From Octopus sinensis (Eukaryota): 64,000 nucleotides of DNA. Positions 38,245 to 53,200 of the stretch are shown here, one piece after another; the first letter of the stretch is position 1; each line of letters starts with the position of its first letter. Both the position numbers and the translations under genes were made by a program. The notes beneath the pieces are model-generated. The model was not told the origin of the DNA and made no database searches. It saw nothing but the letters and a program-made list of their open reading frames with translations. The stretch is from assembly GCF_006345805.1 (NCBI RefSeq), contig NC_042997.1:203856001-203920000 (forward strand). Direction: 5' to 3'.

Positions 38245-41200
38245 ATTTTGTGTATCTGTGTTTGTTCCCCCAACATCACTTGACAGCCGATGGTGGCGGT
38301 TCGGCAAAAGAGATTGATAGAATAAGTACTAGGCTTACAAAGAATAAGTCCTGGGGTTGATTTAATTGGACTAAAGGCGGTGCTCCAGCATGGCCGCAGT
38401 CAAATGACTGAAACAAGTAACAAAAAATAAAAGAATAAAATAAAGTAAAAATAAAGCAATAACAAATACTAGATTCTATACTTTTATGTTTTTATTGCCA
38501 AATTTTTACACCTTATAACATCATAAGGTGTAAAAGATGTGGTGGAAATAAGAATTCTTGAGAGAAACTTCTTAAACATAAATGGTTACGTACATCTCCT
38601 GTGTAATGTAAAAATCAGTCTGTTTGGATTCTGAGAAGAGGCACCAGTCTCGAGTTTGGTAAAGCAAGTTGGAATGTCTTTGATCCTAGGTCTGATCAGT
38701 CAGAGCTGATCTGGAGATAAACAATAACAACAGCAACAACAATCAGAATATAAACTTTTATTGATGTTGAGTATTTATCTTCTGTAATAATTCTGGAACT
38801 AGTCAGCAGCCAATATGATTTGCTGCTGCCATTTCATTTCATGTCCACTTTTTTCCATGGTTGCATGGGTCAGATGAAATTTGCCGAGACAGATTTTCTA
38901 TTCCTGGATGCTCTTCCTATCACCAACACTTACCTGTTTCCAAGCAAAATTATGTTTCCCCTTCTGTTTTTATGGAGGACTGGAAATGCTTCACTTGTGT
39001 GATGCTGATGCCCTTCTGCAACCATTATGTGTGTGTGAACGCACACTCATGCACACATACACAAGCACACACACACATGTACATATGCACAAGCACACAC
39101 ACACACACACACACAAACACATGCACACATGCTTATGCACACACACATGTATGCATATGCACAAACACATGTACACACACATTCACACATGCAGACACAC
39201 ACATACACACAAACATATGCATGCACACACATACACACACACATTACATACAAAACACACAAACAAAAAACAAATGAGGATACTTATTATTTTGAATATT
39301 TCTTTGCAGGTGAAGGAGGAGGGACCTCATCGGGTGAGTCTAAACAGTTTTATGACATGTTAACGCTTTACGTCTGGCCTCAGTGCAACAACAGAAAACT
39401 TTGAGTGATGATCTTCAAATAGATACATCCTCTGAGATTAAGAATACTAAGGCTCAACTGGACAAATGGTGCCACGTTGAACTCAGTGTCAGCCATAATA
39501 ATGTTCTTTATTGTCTCAGTCTTCATTCTTCTTCTTAATCCTTTTTGCCCCTTGTGGTGCATAGGGCCAGTTTCCTGGTTTCCTTGGCATATAGGTTCCC
39601 CACCTGGATGGGACGCCAGTTCATCGCAGGTGAGCTGCAAGATGCAGGAGGAAAGTGTGAGAGAAAGTTGTGGCGAAAGAGTCAGCAGAAGTTCACCATT
39701 ACCTTCTGCAGGGGCTGCGTGGAGCTTAGGTATTTCGTTCATAAACACACACATCGTCCGGTCTGAGATTCAAACCCGCGATCCCTCGACCACGAATCTG
39801 CTGCTCTAACCACTAGGCCATGTGCCTCCAAAGTCTTTATTCTAAGAGAAGTTAAGACTGCAGACAGAAAAATTCCTCTTCAGACAAAAAGGTGAAAAGC
39901 AAATATTTCATAGAAACAGCAAGGGGGATGGAAACTAAGTGAAAAAGTCTAGTAAGGATGTAAAATAGGGGCTTTATATAGGAGATTCTATTTAATAAAG
40001 GCTTTTTACAAAAGTGTGTATAATAAATACTTTGTATTATGGGGACTGTAAAGAATTATTCTCTTCTTTTTCAAGAGGCTGTAACAAAGATGCTTCTCGC
40101 AATATGGTACAAGGCATTTCTGTGCCCTGTTTCCTCAATTTCTTATTGTATGTCACTGTCAATAACATAAATGTAGTTGAGAGGTCTTCTATTAGAGTGC
40201 AAAAGCCTCCAAAATATACCATTTGATATGGTGTGGTGATAGCCTGCCCTGTGTTGAATGATAATTATAGAAATGGTGAAAATGTGTCCATAAATCTCGT
40301 CTTTGGTTTTTGTGCTCATGCCATGAGATGTTTTGAGCCCTCAAGAGAAGCCTGATGGATATAACATTAAAGCACTCTTGAAACTCCTTCATTGTCCTTG
40401 TACCTGTTCCATACACAAGAATGTTCTCTACATATGGTCTGAGGGATGCAGATCTTATAGACACTTCAGTATGGTCCCTTGCATGTAAGGACCCATGGTA
40501 CTTGAAATTACTGACCATCTTGAATTGTGTACCGTTGTTGAAATGAACAGGCAGGTTGCTTTTATGGCCAGTGGTGGTCATGTATTCAGTCTTCTCTGCA
40601 TGAAGGAACAAACTGACTTTGGCTGTTGCATTGTGGAGGGATGTTAGCAAGTCTTGTACATCATATACTTGATGAGCTGTGACAGCAAGATGATCGGCAT
40701 AGTCACGGTCAGACAGATTCATACACACTTTGCTGATGTCTTGATCATTTCTGTTTGACTTGTGAAGCTTTTGTCTTGAACGGCATCAAGACTATGACTA
40801 AGAAATTGTTTCACTACAATTCCAAAGAGGAAAGGAGTTAGGGCGTCTCCTTGTTGTTGGAAACACTTTAATAAGGCTGACTGCACTTTGCATAAAGCTT
40901 GATGAGTTTTCAGTTCTAGTAAAGATTGTTTGACAGTGTCAACAGAAGGGTCATGTTACATGTCCTGTTGAACAACTGTATCCCAGAAAATTCCTATTTT
41001 TAAATCTCACAACGAGAGATATTCAGCAACAGTACTTTGTAGTAAAGAGTGTTTGCCAACATAACATGGCAGTCCTGGTTTAGGACGAATGTTACTGTAA
41101 TTTAACCCCAGGAGACATTATTTCCAGCTGGCTATACAACATGATCTGTGTCCGTATATTTTCGAACAAGGGAATCTAGCACTCCCACCCACCTCAAAAC

Positions 41201-44200
41201 AATATCTGTGTATCACGATTTCTGGGTTATTTTCCTTCATCAGCACAGAATAATTGATCGGCTAGAGGTGGCGCTGCCAAATTCCCATTCGAAATATATA
41301 GTTTTCAAAATGATATCTAGTCACTGATTTATAAATTAGAAAATTACTATTTTTAAACTAATTACTATTTTCAAAAATATGAGGACACAGATCGTGTCAT
41401 ATAACCAGCTGGAGACGATGTTTCCTGGGGCTAAATTACAGCAACATTCATCCTAAACCATTACTACCATGTTATGTTGACAAACAATCTTTACTACAAA
41501 GTACTGTTGCTGAATATCTCTCGTTGTGAAATTTAAAAATAGTAATCTGTTCAACGAGATATGTAACACAACCCGTCTGTTGATACAGTCAAATACTGTA
41601 GAGAAATCCACCTACATACTTGATGTTTTTTTGTTTGGTGATTCTGGATGGTTTGAAAATAAAAATTCAATACAATTATCAAATCCAAGCAATCAATTCT
41701 TAGATCAATTGATTCTATTAATGAAAAAATTTCAGCTAAATTAATAAAATATTTAACAAGAAAATACAGTATAATAGACATTTCTTAAAACTCAAGCTAA
41801 TACAAATGTTGTTAGCACTACATCTATTTAGTGTTACTAACACTAACTATATTAACTATTACTAACATTAACATTATTAACTGTTATTAACACTAACTAT
41901 ATTGCATGTTAGTAACACTAATTCTGTTGACTGTAACAGACAGTAACTCTAGTAATTATTAACTGTTACTAATGGTAACTATTATAATCTATTACTAATA
42001 CAAATACTATTAATTGTAGCTTACCCTAACTCCAGAAACATTTTCAGACATTAACATTCTTTACTGTTACAAACTTCAAGGGTCTCTGTCAGTCAGAGAC
42101 GACCATGTATTTATACTTGTATAACTCAGACAGCCAAAACATGGTTGACCCTAAACAAACTGGATGTTATCTGGAAATCAACCCTGTCAGACAACCTTAA
42201 GGGGAATTTCATTTGTGCAAGAGTAGAGTCAATCCTTTTATATGGAGTACAACCTGGATGCTTACCAAACTATTTGGAATCCAAACTAGATGGAACTGAC
42301 ACTCAAATGTTATGAGCAGTTTTAAACCTGTCTTGGAGAAATATTCCTGTTGAGAAACAGCTGTATGAAGATCTCCTGCTTGTTACCCCCTTTATAAGGC
42401 CATTATAAGGGGAAGGTGTTTGCACTTTGTGGGACATTGCTGGTGAGCTAAACAAGAGCTGCTATGGATGCCGAAGCAAGAAAGCTTGACCAGATGATGA
42501 TGTGTAAGGCCAGGGTAAGGTTTTCGATAAGGAATACTGGTAGTTGTCCATGTATGTGAGTCTTCCTTGTCCACACCACTGAAGTTTGTCCAAGGAAGAA
42601 CCTGCCTTCTTAGACTGATTCAGCTTGGCACCAAGTGTCAAGGCAGACATTACTTTCAGAATGCAAAGAGCCAAGAAAGATACTGCAATTCATTTTGTTC
42701 AATGATGCAACAGTTCCACCAATCCAATGGATTCATCCTTTTTTTTTTATATCAAACTTAAAAGAACAAAATACAATGCTGATCCCAGTGTGATTTGAAC
42801 TGAGAGCAGAGATTCAGAACAAATGCTGGGTGAGGGGCATTCTTTTCAATGCTCTGCCAATTCACTGCCTCCCTGCTGTCACCAGTAAATAAATATATTA
42901 TCCTCCACTGATAGAAAATGAATTACTATAAACACTAGACTTGTTAACTATTACCGACAATAACTATATTAATCATTACCAACACAAACTATATTAACTA
43001 TTTGTAACACTAACTATATTAACTATTACTGATACTAAATACATTAACTGTTATAACACTGTATTAACTATTACTATTAACACTATGTTAACAGTTACAA
43101 CTCCTAACTATTACTAGGTGCAGCCTCCTGGCTTCCCAGACCCCAGTCGAACCGTCCAACCCATGCTAGCATGGAAAGTGGACATTAAACGATGATGATG
43201 AACACAGGCAGCGAGCTGGCAGAATCGTTAGCACACCGGGTAAAATGCTTAGCGGTATTTTGTCTGCCGCTACGTTCTGAGTTCAAATTCCGCCGAGGTC
43301 GACTTTGCCTTTCATCCTTTCGGGGTCGATTAAATAAGTACCAGTTACGCACTGGGGATCAATATAATCGACTTAATCCGTTTGTCTGCCCTTGTTTGTC
43401 CTCTCTGTGTTTAGCCCCTTGTGGGTAGTAAAGAAATAGATGATGATGAACACTAGCCATATTAACTGTCACTAATGCTAACACGATATTAATCTTGATA
43501 ATATTAAAACTCTTGGGATGTTTGTGTCTAACTGAAATATCTCAGAAATAGTATATCTTATCTTAATTTTTTTACATATTTATTTTCATACTTACCTTCG
43601 GTAGTGCAGTACAAATTTTTGTGACATTTGAACCTCTATTTAAATGATTAAACACATTTTTTGCTATTTCTTGATGCAAAAAAATGTATGGCTTCCATGA
43701 CGTCAACACATATACACACATACAGAATACACATGCACACACACACACACACACACACATATAATGAATGTCATTGCGTCTCAATCAACACAAACAAACG
43801 TTCACTATCTGTGACATGTACACACACATTGTCTTCGCACTCTCTAAGAAAGAAAAACCGTTCACTTTTTGACGTACACAATATTTTAACCATTTAGAAA
43901 TATTTTTAACTGAATGTGATTTCATCAACCGGGGTTCGTTAATTTCCGTAGAAATTTTTTATTTATTTAATTTTGTTTTAAATTGAAAGAGAGGAGAAAG
44001 TGATAGATGTATGTACGTGTAAATGAAATAGACATGTATGTGTGAAAGAGAGAGAGAGAGAGAAAAGCGAGAGAAGAAGAGAGACAGAGTGAGTGAAGGA
44101 ATGTGTTGTCATGTATACGTACATGCATCAATACATATGTGTACATCTTATTTGTATGTATATGTGCATGTGTGTGCGTACGTGAGAGAAAGAGAGAGAA

Positions 44201-47200
44201 ACAGACAGACAAAGTGTATAAGTGAACGTATGTGTTCTCATGTATGTGTAAGTGGCACACACACACACACACACATGTCCGTTTCATATACACATTTATA
44301 CATCTTTCACTTTCTCCTCTTTTTCACTTTAAAACAATAGTAACAGGTGATTCTCAGGGTAAAAATTGTTAAAAAGAAGCTTCTACTCATGTAAATTGAT
44401 TGCTATTGTTTGGATAGTTCCAATTAGATAAGTCCAGAAGTTAGGTCAAATACACATACATGCATAAGTACCATGAATTCCCATTCTACAAACTGGCAAA
44501 CAATTCCATAAATACTTTACTGGGCAAGACTGGGAAGCAACTCTATTATCATTAATGTTACTTTTTAATTATTACTAACACTAAATATATCAATTGTTAC
44601 TAACACTAATTCTTTTGATTATTACTAATTCAAAACTTAACTATTACTGACCCTAGTACTAACACTAAATATATTAACTGTTATTGATACTATCTATATT
44701 AATTATCTCCTAACGTAATAATGAGCGTAGTGTTTTTATATATTTGCGTATATATATATATTTGCCCAGAATCATGCCAGATGCGGAGGAGGTAAGAAAA
44801 TTGTAATTCAGTGAAGGAGAAGTAGTGGGAGTAATAGCCCTGACTGAGAGGGAGTGAGAGAAAATAATAGCAATGAGAGAAAGGAGGAGGGGGAAAAAAA
44901 TCAGTGTTTCAACTCTGTGTGAGTATATGTGTGTGTGTGTGTGAATGTTTGTATGTGTGATTATTATGTACCTTATAAGCCCCACCTTAGCGAAGGCGGA
45001 GGTATTGTTTGCAGTCATGTTTGTTTGTCCATGGACAAGATATCTCAAGAACCGCTGGATGGATTCAGATTAAATTTTCAGGGATGTTTGGCCCCTTGAC
45101 TGGCACAAACTGATTAGATTTTGGGATCAATCTGGTATCAGACAAGGATTCTGGATTCTGGATTATTTTTCCGGTATTTTACTTCATTTTTGAGAGTTGC
45201 TGTGTCCATTTTTAGTATTCTCACTTCTGAGAGCGATCGATTTTATTCCAGATATTCTCATTTTAGAAATCATCTCTGGCTAATCATTGAGAGGATGTTG
45301 ATGTTACCTTGGCAGAGGTTTGCACTCTCTGAGTGCTCTTGTTTATATATAAAATACTACAATTAGCCATCATTATTGACTGCACATGGTCAGCTAGTTA
45401 ATAATACTAAATACATTAGTTTTATCAATACCAACTATATCAATTGCTACTAACACTATGCTGCTAAGCATAGCTCTATTAACGATTATCAATGCAAATA
45501 ATCAAATGACTATTGTTAACTCTAGCTACATTAAAGGGTAGAGAGATTTGGTCTTTTTTAATTGCTACTAACCCTAACATGCCAGTAACTATCACTAACA
45601 CTAACTCTCTACTAACCGTAACTAAAACTCACTGTTAACACTTGCTATTTTCAACACTTGCCGGAGCCTCGTGGAGCTTTTAGGTGTTTTCGCTCAATAA
45701 ACACACACAATGCCCGGTCTGGGAATTGAATCCGTGATCCTCCGACCGCGAGTCCGCTGCCCTAACCACTGGGCCATTGCGCCTCCACAGCTCTGTTAAG
45801 TACTAGTAACACTAAATCTCTATTAGTCATTACTAACACCATTAAGAGTTACTTCAAATTTATCAACAGCAACAAAACATTAGCCGTATTAACTGTTACA
45901 AACACTAAGTCTGTTTAGAGTTAGTAGCACAAACAATAGTAACTATTACTGATCTTAATTTTAAAAGGAGCACTCCATCAGTTATGAGGACGAGGGTCCC
46001 AGCCAATATGATCAACGGAACAGCTTGCTTGAGAAATTAACGTGCAAATGGGTGAGCACTCCACAGACACGTCTACCCTTAATGTAGTTCTCAGGGAGAT
46101 TCAGCATGACACGGAGTGTGACAAGGCTGGCCTTTTGAAATACAGGTACTACTCATTTCTACCAGCTGATTAGACTGGATCAATGTGAAATAAAGTGTCT
46201 TGCTCAAGGACACAACGTGTTGCCAGGAATTGAACTCACAACCTTACAATCGTGAGTTGAATGCCCTAACCACTACGCCATGTGCCTTGACAATCTTAAT
46301 TTCATTCAATGTTAGTAACGTTAATTCTTGTTTCTTTTAACTCATTCTAACTCCATTACTTTATCGATTATTACTAACATGAACTCAATTAACTATCACT
46401 AACTTTAAATCTGTTAAGTGTTACTGAAATTGACTATGACCATCTCTAGCTCTACTAATACTCATCTAACTCTCATCATCATCATCATTTAACATCCATT
46501 TTCCATGTTGGCATGGGTTCATTAGATCAGTGCTTCTCATACTATCTGATGTGGCATACCAGCAGTTTTTTTTCTAATGTGCCAGTGACCAGTAATATTT
46601 CTTAGTAATATTAATTTATACCGGAAACAATATATATAATGAATATAATAAAAGTTGACAATTTTTTTTATCATATTTATTCTGTAAACAAATAATACAA
46701 TATTACATAAGCATTTTATAATGTTTCTTTATTTTCTGGAAACCCGCCGTGTACCAGCAGCTGATGGCTCATGGACCGGCACTGGTCCGTGGACCACCAC
46801 TTTGAGTAGCACTGCATTCGATGATTTGATAGGAGCTGGCAAAAATGGAGAGCTGCACCAGGCTCTAATTGTCTGTTTTGGCATGGTCTCTATGGCTGGA
46901 TGCCTTTCCTAATGCCAGCAACTTTACAGTGCTTTTTAAGTCACACCAGCATGACAGCTTCTTCTGTGACGCCTGCATAGGTGCTTCTTATGTGGCGCCA
47001 GCATGAATGCTTTTTACATGGCACCAGAACCAGCAGGGTTGCCAAGTAACTTGCAAGACAAAATTGTTTCTAACAGTAACTATATTAACTCTTAAGAACA
47101 TTGACTCTATTAACTAACACTAATATTAATTAATTTAACTGTTACTAACCCCAACTTTTTACATTCATTCACCCATCAATCCAACAACGACCGTCCAGTT

Positions 47201-50200
47201 ATCCTGGTGTGGTCAGGCCTTGTGCATGCACAGAAGGGTCTTTGCCAATAAGGACAGGGAAATGAAGGCAGAAGTGAGAGATCTGTGTGCATTTTTCTTT
47301 CTGATTCACCTACATTGCTCAGCTGTTGTTATTCTGCTGGTATCACATGTCTCAAAGCTCTTGCAGGCTGCTGTATGCCATTCTGCCCTACCCAATGCTC
47401 TCAATTTCACTCTTTATGGTTGATGCTGAAGGGCCCCTAGCAAAGTTTTTAAAGTGTCTTTATACCCTTCTTCTGGCCTTCTCAGAAATGAAATCAAATG
47501 TAGCACAGTTTCTTTGGGAGCTTGTGGGTCAGTTATGTGAACTATATGACCTGCCCCAGTGCAATTGTGACTGCATCGGGATCATGTGGATGCTCAACAG
47601 TTCAGCACATATGTGTACCTCTGTGTTGGGTCTTCTACCCCACCATTTGATACCAAGAATTTTTCTGAGACCAGTGAAATGGAACTGGCTCAGCCTCCTC
47701 GTATGTCATTGGCAGACAGTCGAACTTTGCAGCCACAGCGTGGTAAGAACTCTAGTCTGATACACTTTCATCTTTATCTCTGAAGTGATGCGTCCCTTGA
47801 TTCTAACACTAATTATTAACTGTTACTTGCACTGCTTCTATTTATGACAACTAGAATTAACTGTAGTTGTTAATATTAACCATAATTCTTATAAACAGTT
47901 ATTAGCCTTAATCAACCTCAATATGTACGATTACCGTTGCTGTATGCAGGCAACTGAATGAATCACCGATATAAACTGGTTAAAGCGGTCAATGTAAATA
48001 TATGCTGAACCATTGTCATGTGCTAATTGCTGATCTCAGCCGAGATGATGACTGTCGATGCAATCTAGTTGCTTGATTAAAAAAACCCCGTTGTCATGGA
48101 GTTAACATTTGCTAACATCACTGACTATATTAAACTGTTGCTAACACTAGTTCTCTATAAACTATTACTAACACTAACTTTCTATTAACAGCTACAAACA
48201 TTTATTGTAATATAAATATCACTAACAATAACCTTATTAAGTGTTATTAAACCCTAATCATATTAAATAATAATAATCATTACTTATACAAATTTTCTGT
48301 TAATTGCACCTTTTTGATCTCAAGCACAGATTTTTAAAATTAGAACAGACCCATTGTTGTTAGGACTAACGTTTAATAAATGTTACTAATACTAACTATA
48401 TTGACTGTTAATACTATCAATTGACTGTTACTTATATAAACCATTCTAACTACTACAAGCAGTAACACTCTAAGGTATTACTAACATTGGCTATATTAAT
48501 TATTTTCTTTTTTCAAGCCTAGCCAGGCTCATGGACCCAGTTTCCTGGTTTCTGTGTTCCTTCCAGCTGGATGGGATGCCAGTCCATCACAGCATTACTC
48601 AAGAAACAGAGAGTGAGAGAAAGTTGTGGCGAAAGAATACAACAGGGGTTGCCACCACCCCCTGCCAGAGCCTCGTGGAGCTTTTAGGTGTTTTTGCTCA
48701 ATAAACACACACAATGCCCGGTCTGGGAATCGAAATCCTCCGACTGCGAGTCCGCTGCCCTGAGCACTGGGCCATTGCGCCTCCACTATATTAATTATTA
48801 CTAACATTAATTATATTGACTGTTATTAACACAAAATCTTTATTAACTGTTAACTGCTACTAATACTAACTCTTTTAACTGTTACTAGCACTAAATTTGT
48901 TAACTATTACTAACTCTAACTATACAAATTGTTAATAGCAGTAACTCACTATTGTCACTAACACTAACACCATTAACTGCTAGTAGTGTTAACTCTGTTA
49001 AATGTTACCAATTCAAATCCTAATAACTGTTGCTAACACTCATTTTAATTATCTACTCCAAATACAAATTCTGCTGACACTAACTCTATATTAACCATTA
49101 CTAATACTACTGTTATGAATACTAACTCTATTGAGTGTTATAAACACTTCTTATTAACTCTTATGGATACGAGCTCCGCATTAAGTGTTTCTGATGCTAA
49201 CTCTATTAACTGTTGCTAATGCTAACATTGACACTCCATCGGTTACGACAACGAGGGTTCCAGTTGGTCTGATCAATGGAACAGCCTGCTCATTAAACTA
49301 ACATGCAAGTGGCTGAGTATTCCACAGACATGTGTACCCCTAATGTAGTTCTCGGCAAGATTCTGCATGACAGAATATAACAATATATAACCTTTGAATT
49401 AAAGGTACAACTCATTTTTGCCAGCTGAGTGGACTGGAGCAATGTGAAATAAAGTATCTTGCTCAAGGACACAATATGTCACTAAGTATTGAACTCATGA
49501 CCTTACAATCAAGAGCTGAATACCCTAACGACTATTAACTGTTACTAATGCTAATCTTATCATCCATTACATTAACTCTTTTAACCCTCACTGTCAATAA
49601 TTGCCTTAAGGTTTACTTTAACCATTTTCATACTGACCTGGTTGAAACTGCCTCTGATCAAATATTAATGGTATTAACCCTTTCAATACCAACCCGGCTG
49701 AAACCACCCCTGGCTCTGTTGTACAAATGTCTTGTTTTCATAAGTCTTGAATTAAAATCTTCCACCAAACCTTAGTCACAATTTATGTTCTTAACACTAG
49801 CTTAATGATAACTAAGTTATTTTACTAAATTCTTTGTTATATTTAAACTTAATTGAAAAAAACACAGAACATCTCAACAGAAATATGGTAACAAAAGGGT
49901 TAACAAATGATTAATTCAACCATTTTCATACTGACCCAGTTGAAACCACCTCTGGCTTTGTAGTACAAATGTCTTTTTTTCATAAGTTTTGAATTAAAAT
50001 CTTCCACCAAACCTTAGTCGCAATTTATGTTCCTGACACTAGCTTAACCCTTTCATTACTGTATTTATTTTGAGATGTTCTGTGTTTCTTTCAATTACTT
50101 TAAATATAACAAAGAATTTAGTAAAATAACATATTTATCATCCAGCTAGTGTTAGGAATATAAATTGTGACTAAGGTTTGGTGGAAGATTTTAATTCAAA

Positions 50201-53200
50201 ACTTATGTAAACAAGACATTTGTACTCAGAGCCAGAGCCGGTTTCAGCCGGGTTGGTAACGAAAGGGTTAATGATAACTAAGTTATTTTATTAAATTCTT
50301 TGTTATATTTAAAACTAAGAATAATCGCTATCTTTTTGTAAAATTCTTCATTTAGTTCCCACACATACAAACACTAATGGCATACATGCATATACATACA
50401 CCTCAACTCTCTCTCACACACATCATGTCTGATCGTGTGAGTGTGTGCACATGCCAGTAGCATTCATTTGAACCTCTGTCTATCTGTCTTGTGCTCTCTA
50501 TCACACACATACACACCTTTGCCATCCCTTTTCCACAGCATGACAGGTGTTTTTAAACCACAGGAATTTATCTTTAGCATTGATGATGATGATGATTTTA
50601 TTATAATCAAAAATAGAAGATGGTACTAACACGTTAACTACAAGGTTTTGATAGAAAACCCTCCCATACTTTACATGCTCATTGGTGTGATGCTAGTAAA
50701 GCTGGGCATTTAGCAATGGTGTATTCATGGAGCTAATATTTAACTGATTCTTCTCCAGTTGCCATCATGGCCTGTACAAGTTATTACTAACATTAACTAT
50801 ATTAAATGTTGCCAAACCTAAATCTATCAACAATTCTTAATACTAACTCTATTAATTATTACTAACACTATTAAATGTTAATAATACTGACTACTGACTG
50901 TTTTCAAAATTAAATACTGTTATCCACACTAGGCCTATGAACTTTTACTATCACTAACTGTTACCAAAACTAACCTGTAAAATGTGGGGTAGGCTTGCCA
51001 CACCCTGTATAACTGACACTGACTCTTAATTTTTACTAACACATCCTCATCATCGTTGTCGTCATTGTCATTTAATGTCTGCTTTCCATGCTGGCATGGG
51101 TTGGATGGTTTGACTGAGGACTGGCAAGGCGGGAGGTTGCACAAGGCTCCAGTATGGCAAGGATTCTACAGCCTGGTGTCCTTTCTAATGCCAAACACTC
51201 TGAGAGTGTAGTGGGTGCTTTTTATGTGCCACTGTCACAGGCGCCAGTCAGGTGGCACTGGCATCGACTATGCTTGAATGGTGCTTTTTACGTGTAATCA
51301 GCATGGGTGCCAGTAAGGTGACACTGGTATTGGCTACACTTGAATGGTACTTTTTACATGCCAGTGACACAGGAGTCAGTCAGGCAGCACTGGCATCAGC
51401 TATGCTTGAATGATGCATTTTATGTTGCACCGGCATAATGATTACAAACTAATATTGGTCTGAAATTTTGGCACAAGGCCAGCAATTTCAGGGAAGGGAG
51501 GAAGTTGATTACATCAACCCCAGTGTTCAACTGGTACTTATTTTATAGACCCTGAAACAATGAAAAGCAAAGTCAACCTTAGCAGAGTTTGAACTCAGAA
51601 TATAAAGACAGATGAAATGCAACTAAGCATTTGTCTGGCATGCTAACAATTCTTATTTCATTATTGCCCACAAGGGGCTAAACAGAGAGAGGGGATAAAC
51701 AAGGACAGGCAAAGGGATTAAGTCGATTATATCTACTCCAGTGCATAACTGGTACTTAATTTATCAACCCTGAAAGAATGAAAGGCATAGTTGACCTCGG
51801 CAGAATTTGAACTCAAAACGTAACGGCTGACGAAATACCACTAAGCATTTTGCCCGGTGTGCTAACGATTCTGCCAGCTTTTCTACCTTACTATAAATTA
51901 ATATTTAAAGTAATTACAAAAAGTTAGAAGCTTTAAATTTTACAAGTAGAAATTACTAACTGTTACTAACGTTAACTCTATAAACTGTTACTACATTCAA
52001 TGTATGAATAGTAGGCATAGGAGTGGCTGTGTGGTAAGTAGCTTGCTTACGAACCACATAGTTCCGGGTTCGGTCCCACTGCGTGGCACCTTGGGCAAGT
52101 GTCTTCTACTATAGCCTTGGGCCAACCAAAGCCTTGTGAGTGGATTTGATAGATGGAAACTGAAAGAAGCCCATCGTATATATGTATATATATATATGCA
52201 TGTGTGTGTCTGTGTTTGTCCCCACCAACATCGCTTGACAACTGATGCTGGTGTGTTTTCGTCCCTGTAACTTAGAGGTTCAGCAAAAGAGACTGATAGA
52301 ATAAGTACTAGGCTTACAAAGAATAAGTCCTGGGGTAGATTTGCTCGACTAAAGGCAGTGCTCCAGTATGGCCACAGTCAAATGACTGAAACATGTAAAA
52401 GAGAGAAGCTAGAGAGACTTGTATATAGTTGCTTGTGCAAATGTTGTTAATCAAAAGCCCCACCTACTGGATACTGGCGGGTTTCTATGGGAGAATGTAC
52501 ACCTGCACACTGTTTGGGGGGGGGGGGCTTCTGTATACATTCACTCTTGATGACCTTTAAGATAGTTACTAACAATCTTTATTGTTACTACCTTCAAATG
52601 TATCCATAGCAACTAAACATTATTTAAATAATTGTTGCTAGCACTAACTCTGTCAATTGTTTTCATCTAACTGTTGTAAAATTTAGTGAAACTAGTTGTG
52701 TTAATGATTACTAACACTAATTATAAACTGCTGCTAACACTCATTCTGTGTTAACTATTGCTAACACCAACTCTATTAACGGTTACTAAAACTATCTGTA
52801 TTAACTGTTGCTAAAATAATTTCATTAATTGTTAAATCAACTTAATCAACTGTTGCTAATGGTAACTGTGTTACCAGCTGCTAATATTAATTCTATTAAC
52901 TGATACTAACATTAACTCTGTTAATTGTTGCTAATGCTGATACCATTAAATTTACTAACCCTAACTTTGTGTTAGCTCATGCTATAAGTAACTCTACTGA
53001 CTGTTGCTAACACCAACTCTATTAAGCTGTTACTACTACTAAATATATTAACATAAACACCATTAACTGTTAAACTAATCATATATACTAATACATTCAC
53101 AAAATATATTTAAGTTAACTAACAGTAATTCTAGCAAACTGTAAATTGATTGACAACCCCTAACCTTAACTTTTAGAAAGCATTGGCCATGTAGTGAACC

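Noticed and set aside
47220-47770. 144-aa ORF 47326-47760 and GC-richer patches at about 10160-10400, 62030-62480, 63200-63420
   Set aside because: Look like heavily decayed RTE-type LINE remnants but too degenerate to assign; no splice context linking them to a gene.
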